Origin: Macrostomum lignano
Taxonomy: Eukaryota
Assembly (NCBI GenBank): GCA_002269645.1
Contig: NIVC01001446.1
Span: 62,001 to 126,000 of the forward strand
Direction of reading: 5' to 3'
Length of the DNA stretch: 64,000 nucleotides
Shown one piece after another: positions 1 through 19,625 of this stretch. Under the pieces are notes generated by a model that was not told the DNA's origin, did no database searches, and saw nothing but the letters and a program-made list of their open reading frames with translations. Numbering within the stretch: position 1 is the stretch's first letter; each line of letters begins with the position of its first letter. The position numbers were made by a program, and so were the translations under genes.

Positions 1-600
1 AGTATGGCTTTGTGTGCTGTTGAGTGTGGCTTTGTGTGCTGGTTTGTAACTTGTTTTAAGATGTTGCTTGTTGATTTATAGGTTGTTTCCTGTTAACTTT
101 TGTGCTGTTGTTTGTACGAGCCGTAGTTGGTGCTGTTTTTTGTTAGCTTGTGCTGTTGTCTGTTTGCTTGTGTTGTTGTTTGTTAGCTTGTGTTGTTGTT
201 TGTTAGTTTGTGTTGTCCCTTTTTATCCTGTGCCGTTGCTGGCTAGCTTGATTAGTAAATAATAATAATTTAGAATTTTCTGCCAGAAACGAGAGCTTAA
301 ATTTTTTTTCAACTCGGAGAGAGTTAAGCGCGCCCAGTGCTCAATCACTGGAAAGCCGAAAGTGTCAGGCTGGCCACCGGGGCTTACAAGGAAGGCGGCT
401 TATGCTTGAAGCAGTCGGTCGCTCAGCAAATTTGGATGTTTTGTCAAACCATGTATATATAATTTTCCCTGAAGGACTTATTCGCTTTACTAATTATTAT
501 TTATCCGTGGCGTCGCTTGCAAGTTTGCTGCGAAAGAAGGGTTCTTCTCTCAGTTGAATCAGAGCCCCCATTGAGAAGCCCTTCCGCCTCCTTCCCGCAG

Positions 601-693
601 CGAAATCTCAAAGCCGTGTTCGACGAGGCCATCATGGCGGCCTTGGACCCGCCGCCTCCGCCGAAGTCCAGCCGGAAGTGCCGCCTGCTTTGA
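601..693 (+). CDS. CDC42: Terminal coding exon of a Cdc42 (Rho-family) GTPase; upstream exons lie outside the window
   Basis: After the acceptor ccttcccgcag (ends 600) the frame reads RNLKAVFDEAIMAALDPPPPPKSSRKCRLL*. This closely matches the Cdc42 C-terminus ([29 protein letters not shown]), with a polybasic patch and a CaaX box (CRLL). Not in the ORF track. Confidence 0.85.
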   Translation, partial: RNLKAVFDEAIMAALDPPPPPKSSRKCRLL

Positions 694-809
694 GTTCGGG
701 CAAGACCGGAGTCTTGGCTGGAGCGGGGAGAGAGCATGACGATTGTAGTAGACTGTTGTATTGATTATTCAGCTTTGGGCTTCTTAACTTCAGTCTCTGC
801 TTCTCTCTC

Positions 810-810
<1 letters not shown>

Positions 811-871
<61 letters not shown>

Positions 872-884
872 ATGTCTGTCTTAG

Positions 885-949
<65 letters not shown>

Positions 950-1012
950 GCCTGTCTGTGTGTCTGTCTGTCTGTCTGTCTGTCTTAGTGTCTGTCTGTC
1001 TGTCTGTCTTAG

Positions 1013-1049
<37 letters not shown>

Positions 1050-1224
1050 TAGTGTCTGTCTGTCTGTCTGTCTTAGTGTCTGTCTGTCTGTCTGTCTTAG
1101 TGTCTGTCTGTCTGTCTGTCTTAGTGTCTGTCTTAGTGTCTGTCTGTCTGTCTGTCTGTCTGTATGTCTGTCTTAGTGTCTGTCTGTCTTAGTATCTGTC
1201 TGTCTTAGTATCTGTCTGTCTTAG

Positions 1225-1261
<37 letters not shown>

Positions 1262-1312
1262 TAGTGTCTGTCTGTCTTAGTATCTGTCTGTCTTAGTATC
1301 TGTCTGTCTTAG

Positions 1313-1363
<51 letters not shown>

Positions 1364-1480
1364 ATGTCTGTCTTAGTGTCTGTCTGTCTGTCTGTCTGTA
1401 TGTCTGTCTTAGTGTCTGTCTGTCTGTCTGTCTGTATGTCTGTCTTAGTGTCTGTCTGTCTTAGTATCTGTCTGTCTTAG

Positions 1481-1533
<53 letters not shown>
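811..1533. repeat. (TCTG)n microsatellite with TTAG/TATG interruptions
   Basis: Direct reading; produces the spurious SVCL ORF 736-1176. Confidence 0.98.
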
Positions 1534-1816
1534 GCCGGCCCGTCTTAGACACAAATATATATTTTATAACAACAGTCACGTCATTTTTATAGAACTTTCC
1601 TGCGTTTTATTGTTGCCTGTTATTTATGTCAACTTTTTATATTGTTGCAGTTTCAAGCGGCATTAAAATTGTTGCAAAGCTTTATTATTACTATAATCTA
1701 GTCTTCAGCAGACAGCTGTGGCTATGCAATAATATTGCTGCAGTTGCCCTGCCTTGTTTGTGTGATCTCTTCTAGTGCATGCTTTTCAATTGTGTCCCGT
1801 TTTATTCGCTTTTTAT

Positions 1817-1924
1817 ACTACTGCATAAGATATACTACTGCATAAGATATACTACTGCATAAGATATACTACTGCATAAGATATACTACTGCATAAGATA
1901 TACTACTGCATAAGATATACTACT
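1817..1924. repeat. 17-bp tandem repeat (TACTACTGCATAAGATA), ~6 copies
   Basis: Direct reading. Confidence 0.95.
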
Positions 1925-1974
1925 TGTAATTAAAATTTTTGCTTCTCACGCGATAATTTTCAGTAAGCAACTTT

Positions 1975-2327
1975 TAGTGCGGCGCTCTGATGTGCTGGCG
2001 GCCCAGGCTCGATTCCAAGTGCAGTCACATTCATTTGGGGCTGAATTGGGATCTCCGCTTGGCTCTGCTCGTGCAATTAATGGCCTTGATCGGGACAACC
2101 CCCAAGGCACAGTGAAGTGTACATGCCTAATGATAAATAAGTTAGGGCCACTGTACACTCCTGTGTGAGTGTGTTCCTGTGCGTATGACTGCGTACGTAT
2201 CCGCGCGCTTGTGTGCCTGCTCAGGGGAGTCGGCGGAATGGGCAGCAATGCCTCTCGCCGGTTGTGCGACAATGTCGCTTAAAGTGCGCCAGGGTGCACG
2301 CAGCCCCTGCCTTAAATAAAAAGCGTG
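1975..2327 (+). mobile_element. tRNA-derived SINE family A, copy 1 (5'-truncated)
   Basis: Highly similar to 26056-26421 and to the reverse complement of 5362-5631; B-box-like GGCTCGATTCC; A-rich end (aaataaaaag). Confidence 0.8.
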
Positions 2328-3396
2328 TTAAAATTGTTTTTCTCATTGCTTTTGTGTTCCTTTAAGGCTTAAGGTAGAACGTCACGGATTTCAGTCCTGC
2401 ATCACTGCGTACTCCGATCAGATATTTTAATCTCTTCACAGCGTGTTTAATCCAGTTTTGAGCCACCCGTTTCACTTGGCCTATGCCAGCTATTTTTCCG
2501 TGGTAATCAAGGCCTTTAAATGATAAATACACCTGAAAATTGCTGCGTTTTTTGTCACTGATCTTTGATTGAGTGAATTAAAATTGAAAAATTAAAATTT
2601 TTAATGTGTGTTTAAGTTGCTATTCATTTCAAAGTGAGTAAATGAATCGCAGTCAGTACTCATTCTAATTCTCCTTAGTGTAGAATTGTTCATTTATTGC
2701 TATCAGTCACTTGCCCACCGCCTCTGCGTGCGATAAAATGTCGTGCGATAAAATTCGGCTATAGTGATTTATTGCATGCTCAAATGTGCGACACCTTTGC
2801 AGCTTGTAGTTAATAATTTAGCCCATTCCCCATCTAAAGGTGCACAGAGGGTTGGGGGGTGAACAAGCGGGAGGGGGGGTTCGTGTTTGCATTAGGACTG
2901 CACGACTTTCAATGCGGCACAACGGTAGTTCGAGTTCCGAGTTCGCACCTGCCTTGAATAACAGGGCAAGAGCCGAGTTTCCGTAAGCTTTTCATGTATG
3001 GTCCATTCTGAGTTAATAACATCTTCCCCACTGAATGAGAGTTTTGGTGCATTTTATATTAATTATTTGTAGTGCTCGCGTGCACAACAACCCACAAATT
3101 ATGTGGGGCAAAAGCATATTTACAGGTGAATGACGAAGCCTACCTGACGAATAGCTAGAGACTAGATCGAATCGAGTACAAAATCTGACAGCTATTGATT
3201 ATGAAATGTGCTTAATGATTATCCAATTGGGTTAACATTCTGATGACCGACATTGTAAGCCCCCCATAATTAGTTCGATTAGATGTGTCTGTGTGCGCAG
3301 TTCGGCTGAAGAAGAAAAACACAAGCAAACTACATGTAGCTATGGAGTTACTGCCCTATCTACATCGTCAAGCATTCGGCCTGGGTCTCCCTTCAG

Positions 3397-6001
3397 TCAG
3401 ACGTTGACGTCGCACAGGCAGGACTCGCTGCCGCCCCGTCCAACCAGTCGGCCATCGGTGACGAATCGCCGACGCTCTTCCAGGTCGATGGCGACGTCGT
3501 CTTTGCCGCGACGGATTCCATTTTGAAGCTGAGCGGTTCCCAAACGCCCGCCGCCGCCGCATCCGTTTCCGGCGCGGCCTCCACTTCCACCGCCTCGGCA
3601 CCAACCAAGCAGGGCGGTGCGGGCGGTGCATCGGAAGCTGCGACTCAAGCAGACGAAGATGAGAAAGTTACTGGCGCTGTCCAGCGACACCAGGATGTCG
3701 TTGAGGCAGTAGAACCAGTCGATGCGCGACCCCACCCCGGGCCAGTCGCACATGATGGCCACGGCTCCTGGTGACTCGAACAGGTAGAAAGTGACCGCCA
3801 AGCAGAGCACAATGGCTGTTGCTACTCGAGAGTTGCGCGAGTTCTGTTGGTGCTGCAGGCCGTGCTGTATTTGGAGACTGTGAGATGAAGAGCGCAGAAT
3901 CCTAATGGGAAATCGGAAATTGGAAGTTGACTGAATGTGAGCGTTCAAAGATGCGCCGAGATACCTCTTAGTATAAAAGGTAGGTCAGACTCTCAATGCT
4001 GTTTACTAAGAGAATTAATTCATTTGCTGAATTTCGCTTATATCGATCTATCAGGTCCATGCACGTTCGTACAATTACGTTTGTACTCGTATTACATTTC
4101 TGCACGGCACCTCTCTTCCAACCCCCTCTGTCAGCTTTATCGTTCTCTCCCTAACTCTCCCGCCTACTTTTCAACACCCCTTGTTTTTCTGCCCTGTTAG
4201 CTATAGCCCTGCCTCGTTATCAACCCCCCTGTTTTTCTACCCCGTTAGCTATAGCCCTGCCTAGTTTTCAACCCCCCTGTTTTTCTACCCCGTTAGCTAT
4301 AGCCCTGCCTAGTTTTCAACCCCCTTGTTTTTCTACCCCGTTAGATAAAGTCCTGCCTAGTTTTCAACCCCCCCTTATTTTTCTACCCCGTTAGCTATAG
4401 CCCTGCCTAGTTTTCAACCCCCCTTGTTTTTCTACCCCGTTAGCTATAGCCCTGCCTAGTTTTCAACCCCCTTGTTTTTCTACCCCGTTAGATAAAGTCC
4501 TGCCTAGTTTTCAACCCCCCTTATTTTTCTACCCCGTTAGCTATAGCCCTGCCTAGTTTTCAACCCCCCTTGTTTTTCTACCCCGTTAGATATAGCCCTG
4601 CCTAGTTTTCAACCCCCCTTGTTTTTCTACCCCGTTAGATATAGCGGGGTAGATATATTAAATAGATATATCAAATATTAGATATATTTGAACTTATTCA
4701 AAATTTTATGTGCAATGCCACTAAATGTGGATCAATAGTTGTTAAGTTTCTACTCTATTCCTACCTGGATGCCATCGTTCCCCTTCTGTTCGGCTCAGCA
4801 CCCGCCACGGCTGTGGCGGTGGCGGGTGATGCGGCGGCAGCGGCGGCCGCGGCTCCAACAGTCGGCGGCTTCACGCGGCACAGGTGGCAGGTCATGACCA
4901 CGGAGCTGGCCAGCACTACCGGCACTGGCAGGTAGGCCTGCAGGGCTCGGCTGAACAGCAGCAGCATGGCTTGGTCCAGCTGGGCGGTTCGCTGCACAAA
5001 GAACAGGGCTCCGATGAGCAGAGAGGCGCTGAGCGCCAGGCCGAACACCAGCAGCTGGACCCGCCGGGTCAGCCGGCTGCGCATCGCAATGGGCCAGATG
5101 GTGGCCAGGGTTCGGAACAGGGCCACGCACATGGTCCACAGGTTGCGCACTAGCAGGGCCGCCGTTGTTATGGCGTAAATTGCCTGCGGCATGGTTTTGT
5201 GTGCAAATGCATTTGACTTTACACCTTTTTGACTTAGCTGCAGTGCGGTCTGTGAACACAGTGGGTAAGGCGGCAGCCGCCGATTCCGCTAATCCGCGCG
5301 GAATCGAACCTGGGTACGCTTGTACCGTTGAGAGCCGCTCTGCCCCCACCCCTTTTTGATACAGGCCCTGGCGCACTTTAAGCGCACTTTAAGTGCGCGG
5401 ATACGTACGCAGTCATACGCACAGGCACACACTCACACAGGAGTGTACAGCGGCCTTAACTTTATTTCTTATTAAGCATGTACACTTCACTGTGGCTTGG
5501 GGGTTGGCCCTCAAGGCCGCGTTAATTGCACGAGCAGAGCCAGGCCGAGATTCCAATTTAGACCCACATTAATGTGACTGCACTTGGAATCGAGCCTGGG
5601 CCACCCGCACATTATACCGCTAGGCTACGGCTTTCCTTGCCCCTACCCCACCTGAGTAATCAATGCATAACAGCTACTGTACTCAGCACTAATGGACACT
5701 TCAGGCTCACATCATAGGCATCCAAGAAGATTCGGTTATTGTAGATCCCCGTGTACTGAGCGGCCATGTCGCAGGAGAAGGTGGCCACGCAGAAGGCGCT
5801 GTGGGCGACCTGGCAGGCCTCCAGCAGGATTAATCCAACATCGAAGGCTTCCCTGGTGGATCGGTAGCGCTTGAGCAGGACTGCAAACGAAAATGACCCG
5901 GCTAGGAGGCCCAGACAGGAGACTGCAATGGAGGCCGATCTGAGGTAGAAGAACGCAGCGCTGAGCACCTGCTGTTGAGCTGAGCTGTTGTTGCTCTGCA
6001 T
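3397..6001 (-). CDS. Class A (rhodopsin-like) 7TM receptor, FMRFamide/srw-type peptide-receptor-like, ~404 aa
   Basis: Exons 6001-5711, 5183-4765, 3901-3397 join in frame (phases 0, 2) with GT-AG ends. Multiple hydrophobic helices; TM3 end LWTMCVALFRTLATIWP (DRY-equivalent FRT); TM6 FYLFESP; TM7 SASNFLIFVCLSRSFR, matching the NFxIY..S..FR signature of FMRFa/srw-like receptors. Confidence 0.85.
4150..4645. repeat. ~47-48-bp minisatellite in GPCR intron 2
   Basis: Unit GTTAGCTATAGCCCTGCCTAGTTTTCAACCCCCTTGTTTTTCTACCCC, ~10 copies. Confidence 0.95.
5362..5631 (-). mobile_element. tRNA-derived SINE family A, copy 2 (internally deleted) in GPCR intron 1
   Basis: Reverse complement starts with A-box TAGCCTAGCGG and B-box-like GGCTCGATTCC and shares the body with copies 1 and 3, but lacks the GCTCAGGGG hairpin module. 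Confidence 0.8.
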
Positions 6002-6189
6002 GGCAAAGATAGGACTGAACTCTGAGGCGGGAAGAGGCAGACTAGAGAGAACTCATAGATTGAGGAGATTTATAGAACGAGCTATTTTGTTTAGAGTGAG
6101 GCTCGGTCGCATCCTATTGGCTGAGAAGGATCGTCAGTATTTACGGCGAACTTTTGATACTACATGTAGAATTACCGGTACACGTAAGT

Positions 6190-6828
6190 GATGGTGTGCC
6201 CAGGTGAGTGAGTTGGATAATGGATGTGCCCAGGTGAGTGAGCTGGATAATGGGTGTGCTCAGGTGAGTGAGCTGGATAATGGGTGTGCTCAGACAAGTA
6301 AGCAGCTGGATAATGGGTGTGCTCAGACAAGTAAGCAGCTGGATAATGGGTGTTCTCAGGTGAGTGAGCTGGATAATGGGTGTTTTCAGGTGAGTGAGCT
6401 GGATAATGGGTGTTTTCAGGTGAGTGAGCTGGATAATAGGTGTTTTCAGGTGAGTGAGCTGGATAATGGGTGTGCTCAGGTGAGTGAGCTGGATAATGGG
6501 TGTGCTCAGGTGAGTGAGCTGGATAATGGGTGTTTTCAGGTGAGTGAGCTGGATAATGGGTGTTCTCAGGTGAGTGAGCTGGATAATGGGTGTTTTCAGG
6601 TGAGTGAGCTGGATAATGGGTGTTCTCAGGTGAGTGAGCTGGATAATGGGTGTTTTCAGGTGAGTGAGCTGGATAATGGGTGTTCTCAGACAAGTGAGCA
6701 GCTGGATAATATGTGTGCTCAGACAAGTGAGCAGCTGGATAATGGGTGTGCTCAGAAAAGTAAGCAGCTGGATAATGGGTGTGCTCAGACAAGTGAGCTG
6801 GATAATGGGTGTGCTCAGGGAACTGACC
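6190..6828 (+). repeat. 30-bp minisatellite (GTGCTCAGGTGAGTGAGCTGGATAATGGGT), ~21 copies, probably in a 5'UTR intron of the calpain-like gene
   Basis: Direct reading; most units carry CAG|GTGAGT. Confidence 0.95.
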
Positions 6829-7208
6829 CGGCTCTCTAATATTCTACAAGATCGCAGAGTCAAAACTCGTTCCGAATCCGTGGGGTGCTCAGGTCAATGG
6901 CAATGCAGAATGAAATCAATGCAAAAATGATAAATTTTGAGCTGCCTTTCTAGCTGATGGACGGACTCACCCAGCTATGCAATAACATAAACAACGAAGA
7001 TGAATCTATCTGGTATTTTTAGAATTAATCCGTGCAATATTCAGATAAGTTCGATAGCAAGAGTCTATGATAAAATTGGCATGGTATGTCTACTCTATAA
7101 ATAAAGTTAGTCGAATATTCAGCCAGCAGTTTTGCCTACTCAAATCTGGTTAGTTGCTATCGGAATTTTCTCATAGCCAGGCAGTACTTCAACATTAGAG
7201 AGCCGAAG

Positions 7209-14177
<6,969 letters not shown>

Positions 14178-14923
14178 GCTTCCTTCCCTGCTGGTCTCCT
14201 GTGTTTCGGACTGCCTGCCGCAGCTGGGTTTCTCAGCTGGGTACTAATGCCCCACTTCATATCCAGCTGGTTTGCCCTTAATCCCCCCCGAATGCCCTAC
14301 TCCTCCTTCTGCACTCATCGACCCCTGGACGCCTTATTGACCCCCCGAATCCCCTGTCCCAGAAGCAGAAATATTCTTATCAAAATGGCTGTTTAGACAT
14401 TTTCTACATTTATTGCTAGTATTTATTGCAGGCTACTACTGACATACTTGTTTCAGTAGTATGATAAGAACTTGAGCAGTAGTTTCATTCTTGTAATGAA
14501 CAGAAATCTGATTAATTTTGTTTTTCGTTTTCGAATTTTTTAGATGGGTATAAATGAAACATACAGAGCTTGCCTTTCTGTAGGAATTAGCTTTTCGTAA
14601 ATTTGAAAATGGGTATCTTTTCAGTGTTTTTCTTTTGTAACTGGCGAAATTTGTTTAAAGAATATAAAAACTTGTACCATTCTTCAGGAAGGGGGGCCGT
14701 TACCGGCAAGAAAGACTATAAATCTTTTGTGGCTATAAATAGTCAAGTTTATGGCCCTAAAAGGAGGCATCCCTAGTGGCTCAAGGGACTACTAAGCTAA
14801 ACTAAAAATAGGGCTTTAAAAATGCACGATATGCCGTTTTGCTGTTTCACTTCTTGTGCAGCTGTGGAGTTTGTCGTGCAATCCACATCAATGAGGACCA
14901 GCTCTCGCCACCAAGGCCTAACG

Positions 14924-15140
14924 AATTAGAATTAGAATTAGAATTAGAATTAGAATTAGAATTAGAATTAGAATTAGAATTAGAATTAGAATTAGACGAT
15001 TAGATACGTGAGCGTGTGCCTGAGTACGCTTAGCTGTGCTCAGGGGTCAGTGGAATGGGCAGAATCACCTCAGGGCTGGTTCTGAGACGATGTCGCCCGA
15101 AGGCTTAGCGCCAGGGTGCCCGACAGCTCCATCAAATTTA
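14924..15140 (+). mobile_element. (GAATTA)n tract followed by a diverged SINE-A-related 3' module
   Basis: Contains TGCTCAGGGGTCAGTGGAATGGGCAG, GACGATGTCGC and GCGCCAGGGTGC, in the same order as in the SINE A tails at 2217-2300 and 26316-26396. Confidence 0.6.
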
Positions 15141-15356
15141 TTACAATTAACAGGCAACTGGGCCTGCTAGATGATCTGCGCAAAAGCAGAGCAGGCAGGC
15201 AAAACTGAACTTCTTTTTAAAACCAGACTTCAGCCATTTTTTAATTTTTAAATACACCTGTGAATTACCATCCAGGAGCGAATGAAGGCCAGGTTGTTGC
15301 TTTCAATTCAAAGCTAGAATATACATCTAGGAATTAAAACTTGTAAGTCAGCTTCA

Positions 15357-15585
15357 AACAAAAACGTGTGAATCAGTCTCGGACAAAAACGTGTGAATCA
15401 GTCTCGGACAAAAACGTGTGAATCAGTCTCGGACAAAAAAATGTCAATCAGTATCGGACTAAAAACGTGTAAATCAGTCTCGGACGAAAACGTGTGAATC
15501 AGTCTCGGACAAAAACGTGTGAATCAGTCTCGGACAAAAACGTGTGAATCAGTCTCGGACAAAAACGTGTGAACCAGTCTCGGAC
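15357..15585. repeat. 25-bp tandem repeat (CAAAAACGTGTGAATCAGTCTCGGA), ~9 copies
   Basis: Direct reading. Confidence 0.95.
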
Positions 15586-16071
15586 GGCCTTCAAAGAATT
15601 TTCGCCATCATCAACTCTCTGTAATTGCAGCGGTAAAGTGCTGCGGAGGTTATTTTAGCATCATCAGTGCATTCCAGCTTTCAATAAATTTGAGACAAAG
15701 TGCTGAGCAAACGCTAATTAAAATGCCTGCTCAATCGCAAAGCTGAGCAAATTAGTTTGGATCTGGGCAGCCGCATCTGCTCTGCCATCAGCTTGCGCCG
15801 TTAAAAAACTGTCGCATTTATTGACAGAAAACCCGGCCAGCTCACTGACAGCAGGACGGGCTGCTCAAATAAAAATTAGCTGATTGAAATGCTCTGCCTC
15901 ATCGTAACCCCAGTTTATGCAGCACCGCGCAATCACGCTGTCTGGCTGGTGCACATCGGGTCACAATTTGCTGCACTGGACTCTGCGCCATCAGATCCGG
16001 CACTTTCCCTGCCACTCGTCTGCTATTTCTGGAGCCGGGAATTCTATATTTGCTGTAAACTGTTCTATTGA

Positions 16072-16896
<825 letters not shown>

Positions 16897-16977
16897 CGCA
16901 CACTGCATGCAATTACGAGTAATAAGATTTGTTTAAGTGCCAGGCACGACAATTTCCTTACGCGCAGGCCTCACGCC

Positions 16978-18829
16978 ATGTCCTCAGCCACTGTCATCTC
17001 AACAGTTGACGAGCTCGCGATCAAAATGGCATCCTCGCGTGAGGTGGAAGCTGACCCAATTAACTTCGTCAACAACCTTCCTCAACCTTTCTCCACTGCC
17101 GCAGGTAACCATGTGGGCAGTGAGTGAGTGAGTGAGTGAGTGAGTGAGTGAGTGAGTGAGTGAGTGAGTGAGTGAGTGAGTGAGTGAGTGACCTGCTGCC
17201 AGGATGCACTCCACCGCCCAATGTCCAATCAGATGAAGAGAAAGACAAGAAAAGCTGTGAGGGGGGGAGGCAGGTGGCAGACGGCTCTATATGAATGTCG
17301 CCGTGGCCTCAGTGGGTGGGCCCTCCGCCACTGCAGTTTGACAAGCTCGGCACACTGAATCATACACTCCAGAGCGCAGCGTAGAGGCGACAGATTAAGT
17401 GAAAAAGGACCCCAGCAATGTGAGTGAATTGCTGCTTGTGCTTGGCAAAAAAGGGATTGAAGAAGGAACTTTGATATTCAGCTGGTTATACCTAGCGACC
17501 TAATTTTTGGGAAAAACAATATTTAAACTGTCTGTAGTAGTTGTAGGGGATTGCAGCCTAGTGGTTGGAGCGTTGGATTCACGGCTGAAAGGTCAGGGGT
17601 TCGATTCCCGACCAATTAGATGCAATAATCAATTATTATTATTGTGTGACGATTTAGAAAGTATGTGCGGCTGTACACCCCGTGTGAGCTGTGTGTGCTT
17701 GCATGTCCTCAGGAGGCAGCGAAAAGTCACTGCAGTCATCTTTCGAAATCCTCTACTCCAGCTTCAGCTACTCAGCACTCGAAGCCCAGAATGCTGGTGA
17801 CACAGCGGTCGCTGCAGCTGCTCGCCTGCTTGCTGGGCGCCCTGCGGCTCTGCCATCCCGCCGCTGCCGCCAGCTTTGCCGCGCGCGACTTCGACCCCGC
17901 ATTGCTGATGGAGGAGGAGGTGAGGAGGAGGAGGTCTGGCTGCACTCGGAAAGCGAATTCTCATGTTGTCTGGCGGTACCAGCCTCCCCCAACCTTCATC
18001 TTGATTGAGCGGCTAGTTAATATTAATAATGCATTGCAGCTGCAGCAGTTGACTGCATTTGATGGCAGCAACCGACAGAAAGTCTGCAAAATTCTCGGCG
18101 ACAAAGGAATTGTCCCGAAAGAAATAAAATTTGATTGGAAAATGAAAAAGTTAAATCAGTTTCTGAAATCCCTGCCCGATCCTCTCTCTCATCCGGATGC
18201 TTTTGTGAGATTGGCAATAGCAATGTCAAAGCTATTTTTGCTAGACTGCAAATACTACTCTATTTCGATGAGTAAACGGTTTGGGGGCAATAAATGTATT
18301 TAATTTTTTCAGCAAATGCAGTTTTCCATTCCCCATCGGACACTACTCAGCCTCCACAGAGAGTAAAAAGCTGCTCTCATTGCCCGAATAGCGTATGACC
18401 AGGTAAACACGCAAGGTGCTCTGGCATCGCTAAGAGAATGACAAACTTTGCTCCCAAAAACTCCCTGATCCTCCATTATCAGCTACTAGGCCAGCCTTCA
18501 TAAATCACTCACTCACCTTTCTGCAGCTGAGGGATTCCTAGGACTTTTTTAATTGCAAAAAAGCAAGCGGAATGCTTCATTTTTAGGGATCCATTAGATT
18601 TGGAGTTTGAGCTGGAACTAATGGAGTCCCCCCTGCCGTCACCCATCATCTTCAGCCAGCCTTCCTGCCAGACGATCTGGACGAATTGATTGAACCGCCT
18701 CCTGACGCGAGCATAGCGGTTGAGAACGCCGAGGATCGCGTGCTGCCAGCGGCCCCAGCAAGGAGGCGCTCCGGCCAGAAGCTGCCGAAGAACTGGTGCG
18801 TGTTCCACCCAGTCTCCTGCCACGGCTGA
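16978..18829 (+). CDS. AstC: Allatostatin-C/somatostatin-like neuropeptide precursor
   Basis: Core exons 17791-17919 (MLVTQRSLQLLACLLGALRLCHPAAAASFAARDFDPALLMEEE, signal-peptide-like) and 18656-18829 (PAFLPDDLDELIEPPPDASIAVENAEDRVLPAAPA-RRR-SGQKLPKNWCVFHPVSCHG*), joined at phase 0. C-x6-C ring CVFHPVSC resembles the AstC motif CYFNPISC. An upstream exon 16978-17104 can splice in frame via acceptor 17761. Confidence 0.75.
17546..17644 (+). mobile_element. Internally deleted copy of CORE-like SINE family B (tRNA head joined to tail)
   Basis: A-box CAGCCTAGTGG and B-box GGTTCGATTCC, followed directly by TAATCAATTATTATTATTG, the same tail as the element at 38484-38817. Confidence 0.75.
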
Positions 18830-19133
18830 GCACCCGGCAAGCCAACTCAGCAGCTGAATGGACCAACTTTGACAGGACAGCCAATAAGATCCAACGGAAT
18901 TGACTTGCTTAATGCGTTCACTTGTGCCAGTTTCACCGAAGCTGTTACCCAGGACGTGAAATCAATTGATCGTTGCAAAAATATTACAGCAGAAATACCT
19001 GCTGGAGACCGTCATCTATAAAAGACTTTCCTATTCAGTTTTTTATGGCTTCCTGTCTGCGTTGGACTTGGCTTTTTTCACTCATTCGGGCGTTCTTGAT
19101 CGCTTCTTCTTCTAGTTTGACAGTTCTGGACCG

Positions 19134-19625
19134 GACAATGTGTCTGTGTGAGGGACAATGTGTCTGTGTGAGGGGCAATGTGTCTGTGTGAGGGGCAATG
19201 TGTCTGTGTGAGGGACAGTGTGTCTGTGTGAGGGACAGTGTGTCTGTGTGAGGGACAATGTGTCTGTGTGAGGGGCAATGTGTCTGTGTGAGGGACAATG
19301 TGTCTGTGTGAGGGACAATGTGTCTGTGTGAGGGACAATGTGTCTGTGTGAGGGACAATGTGTCTGTGTGAGGGACAATGTGTCTGTGTGAGGGACAATG
19401 TGTCTGTGTGAGGGACAATGTGTCTGTGTGAGGGACAATGTGTCTGTGTGAGGGACAATGTGTCTGTGTGAGGGACAATGTGTCTGTGTGAGGGACAATG
19501 TGTCTGTGTGAGGGACAATGTGTCTGTGTGAGGGACAATGTGTCTGTGTGAGGGACAATGTGTCTGTGTGAGGGACAATGTGTCTGTGTGAGGGACAATG
19601 TGTCTGTGTGAGGGACAATGTGTCT
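19134..19625. repeat. 20-bp minisatellite (TGTCTGTGTGAGGGACAATG), ~24 copies
   Basis: Direct reading; runs into a SINE-A-like TG-rich segment and hairpin at 19620-19686. Confidence 0.97.

Noticed and set aside
2217-2245. HDV-like ribozyme reading of the GGCGGAATGGGCAG motif
   Set aside because: Only ~15 nt lie between the paired strands, too few for P3/L3/P1/P4, and the putative catalytic C is not conserved at 15037.
19035-19125. Extra terminal exon (TVKLEEEAIKNARMSEK...) on the - strand
   Set aside because: It has a plausible acceptor, but the upstream gene already stops at 20575 and no matching donor was found; it may be the antisense of the neuropeptide 3'UTR.
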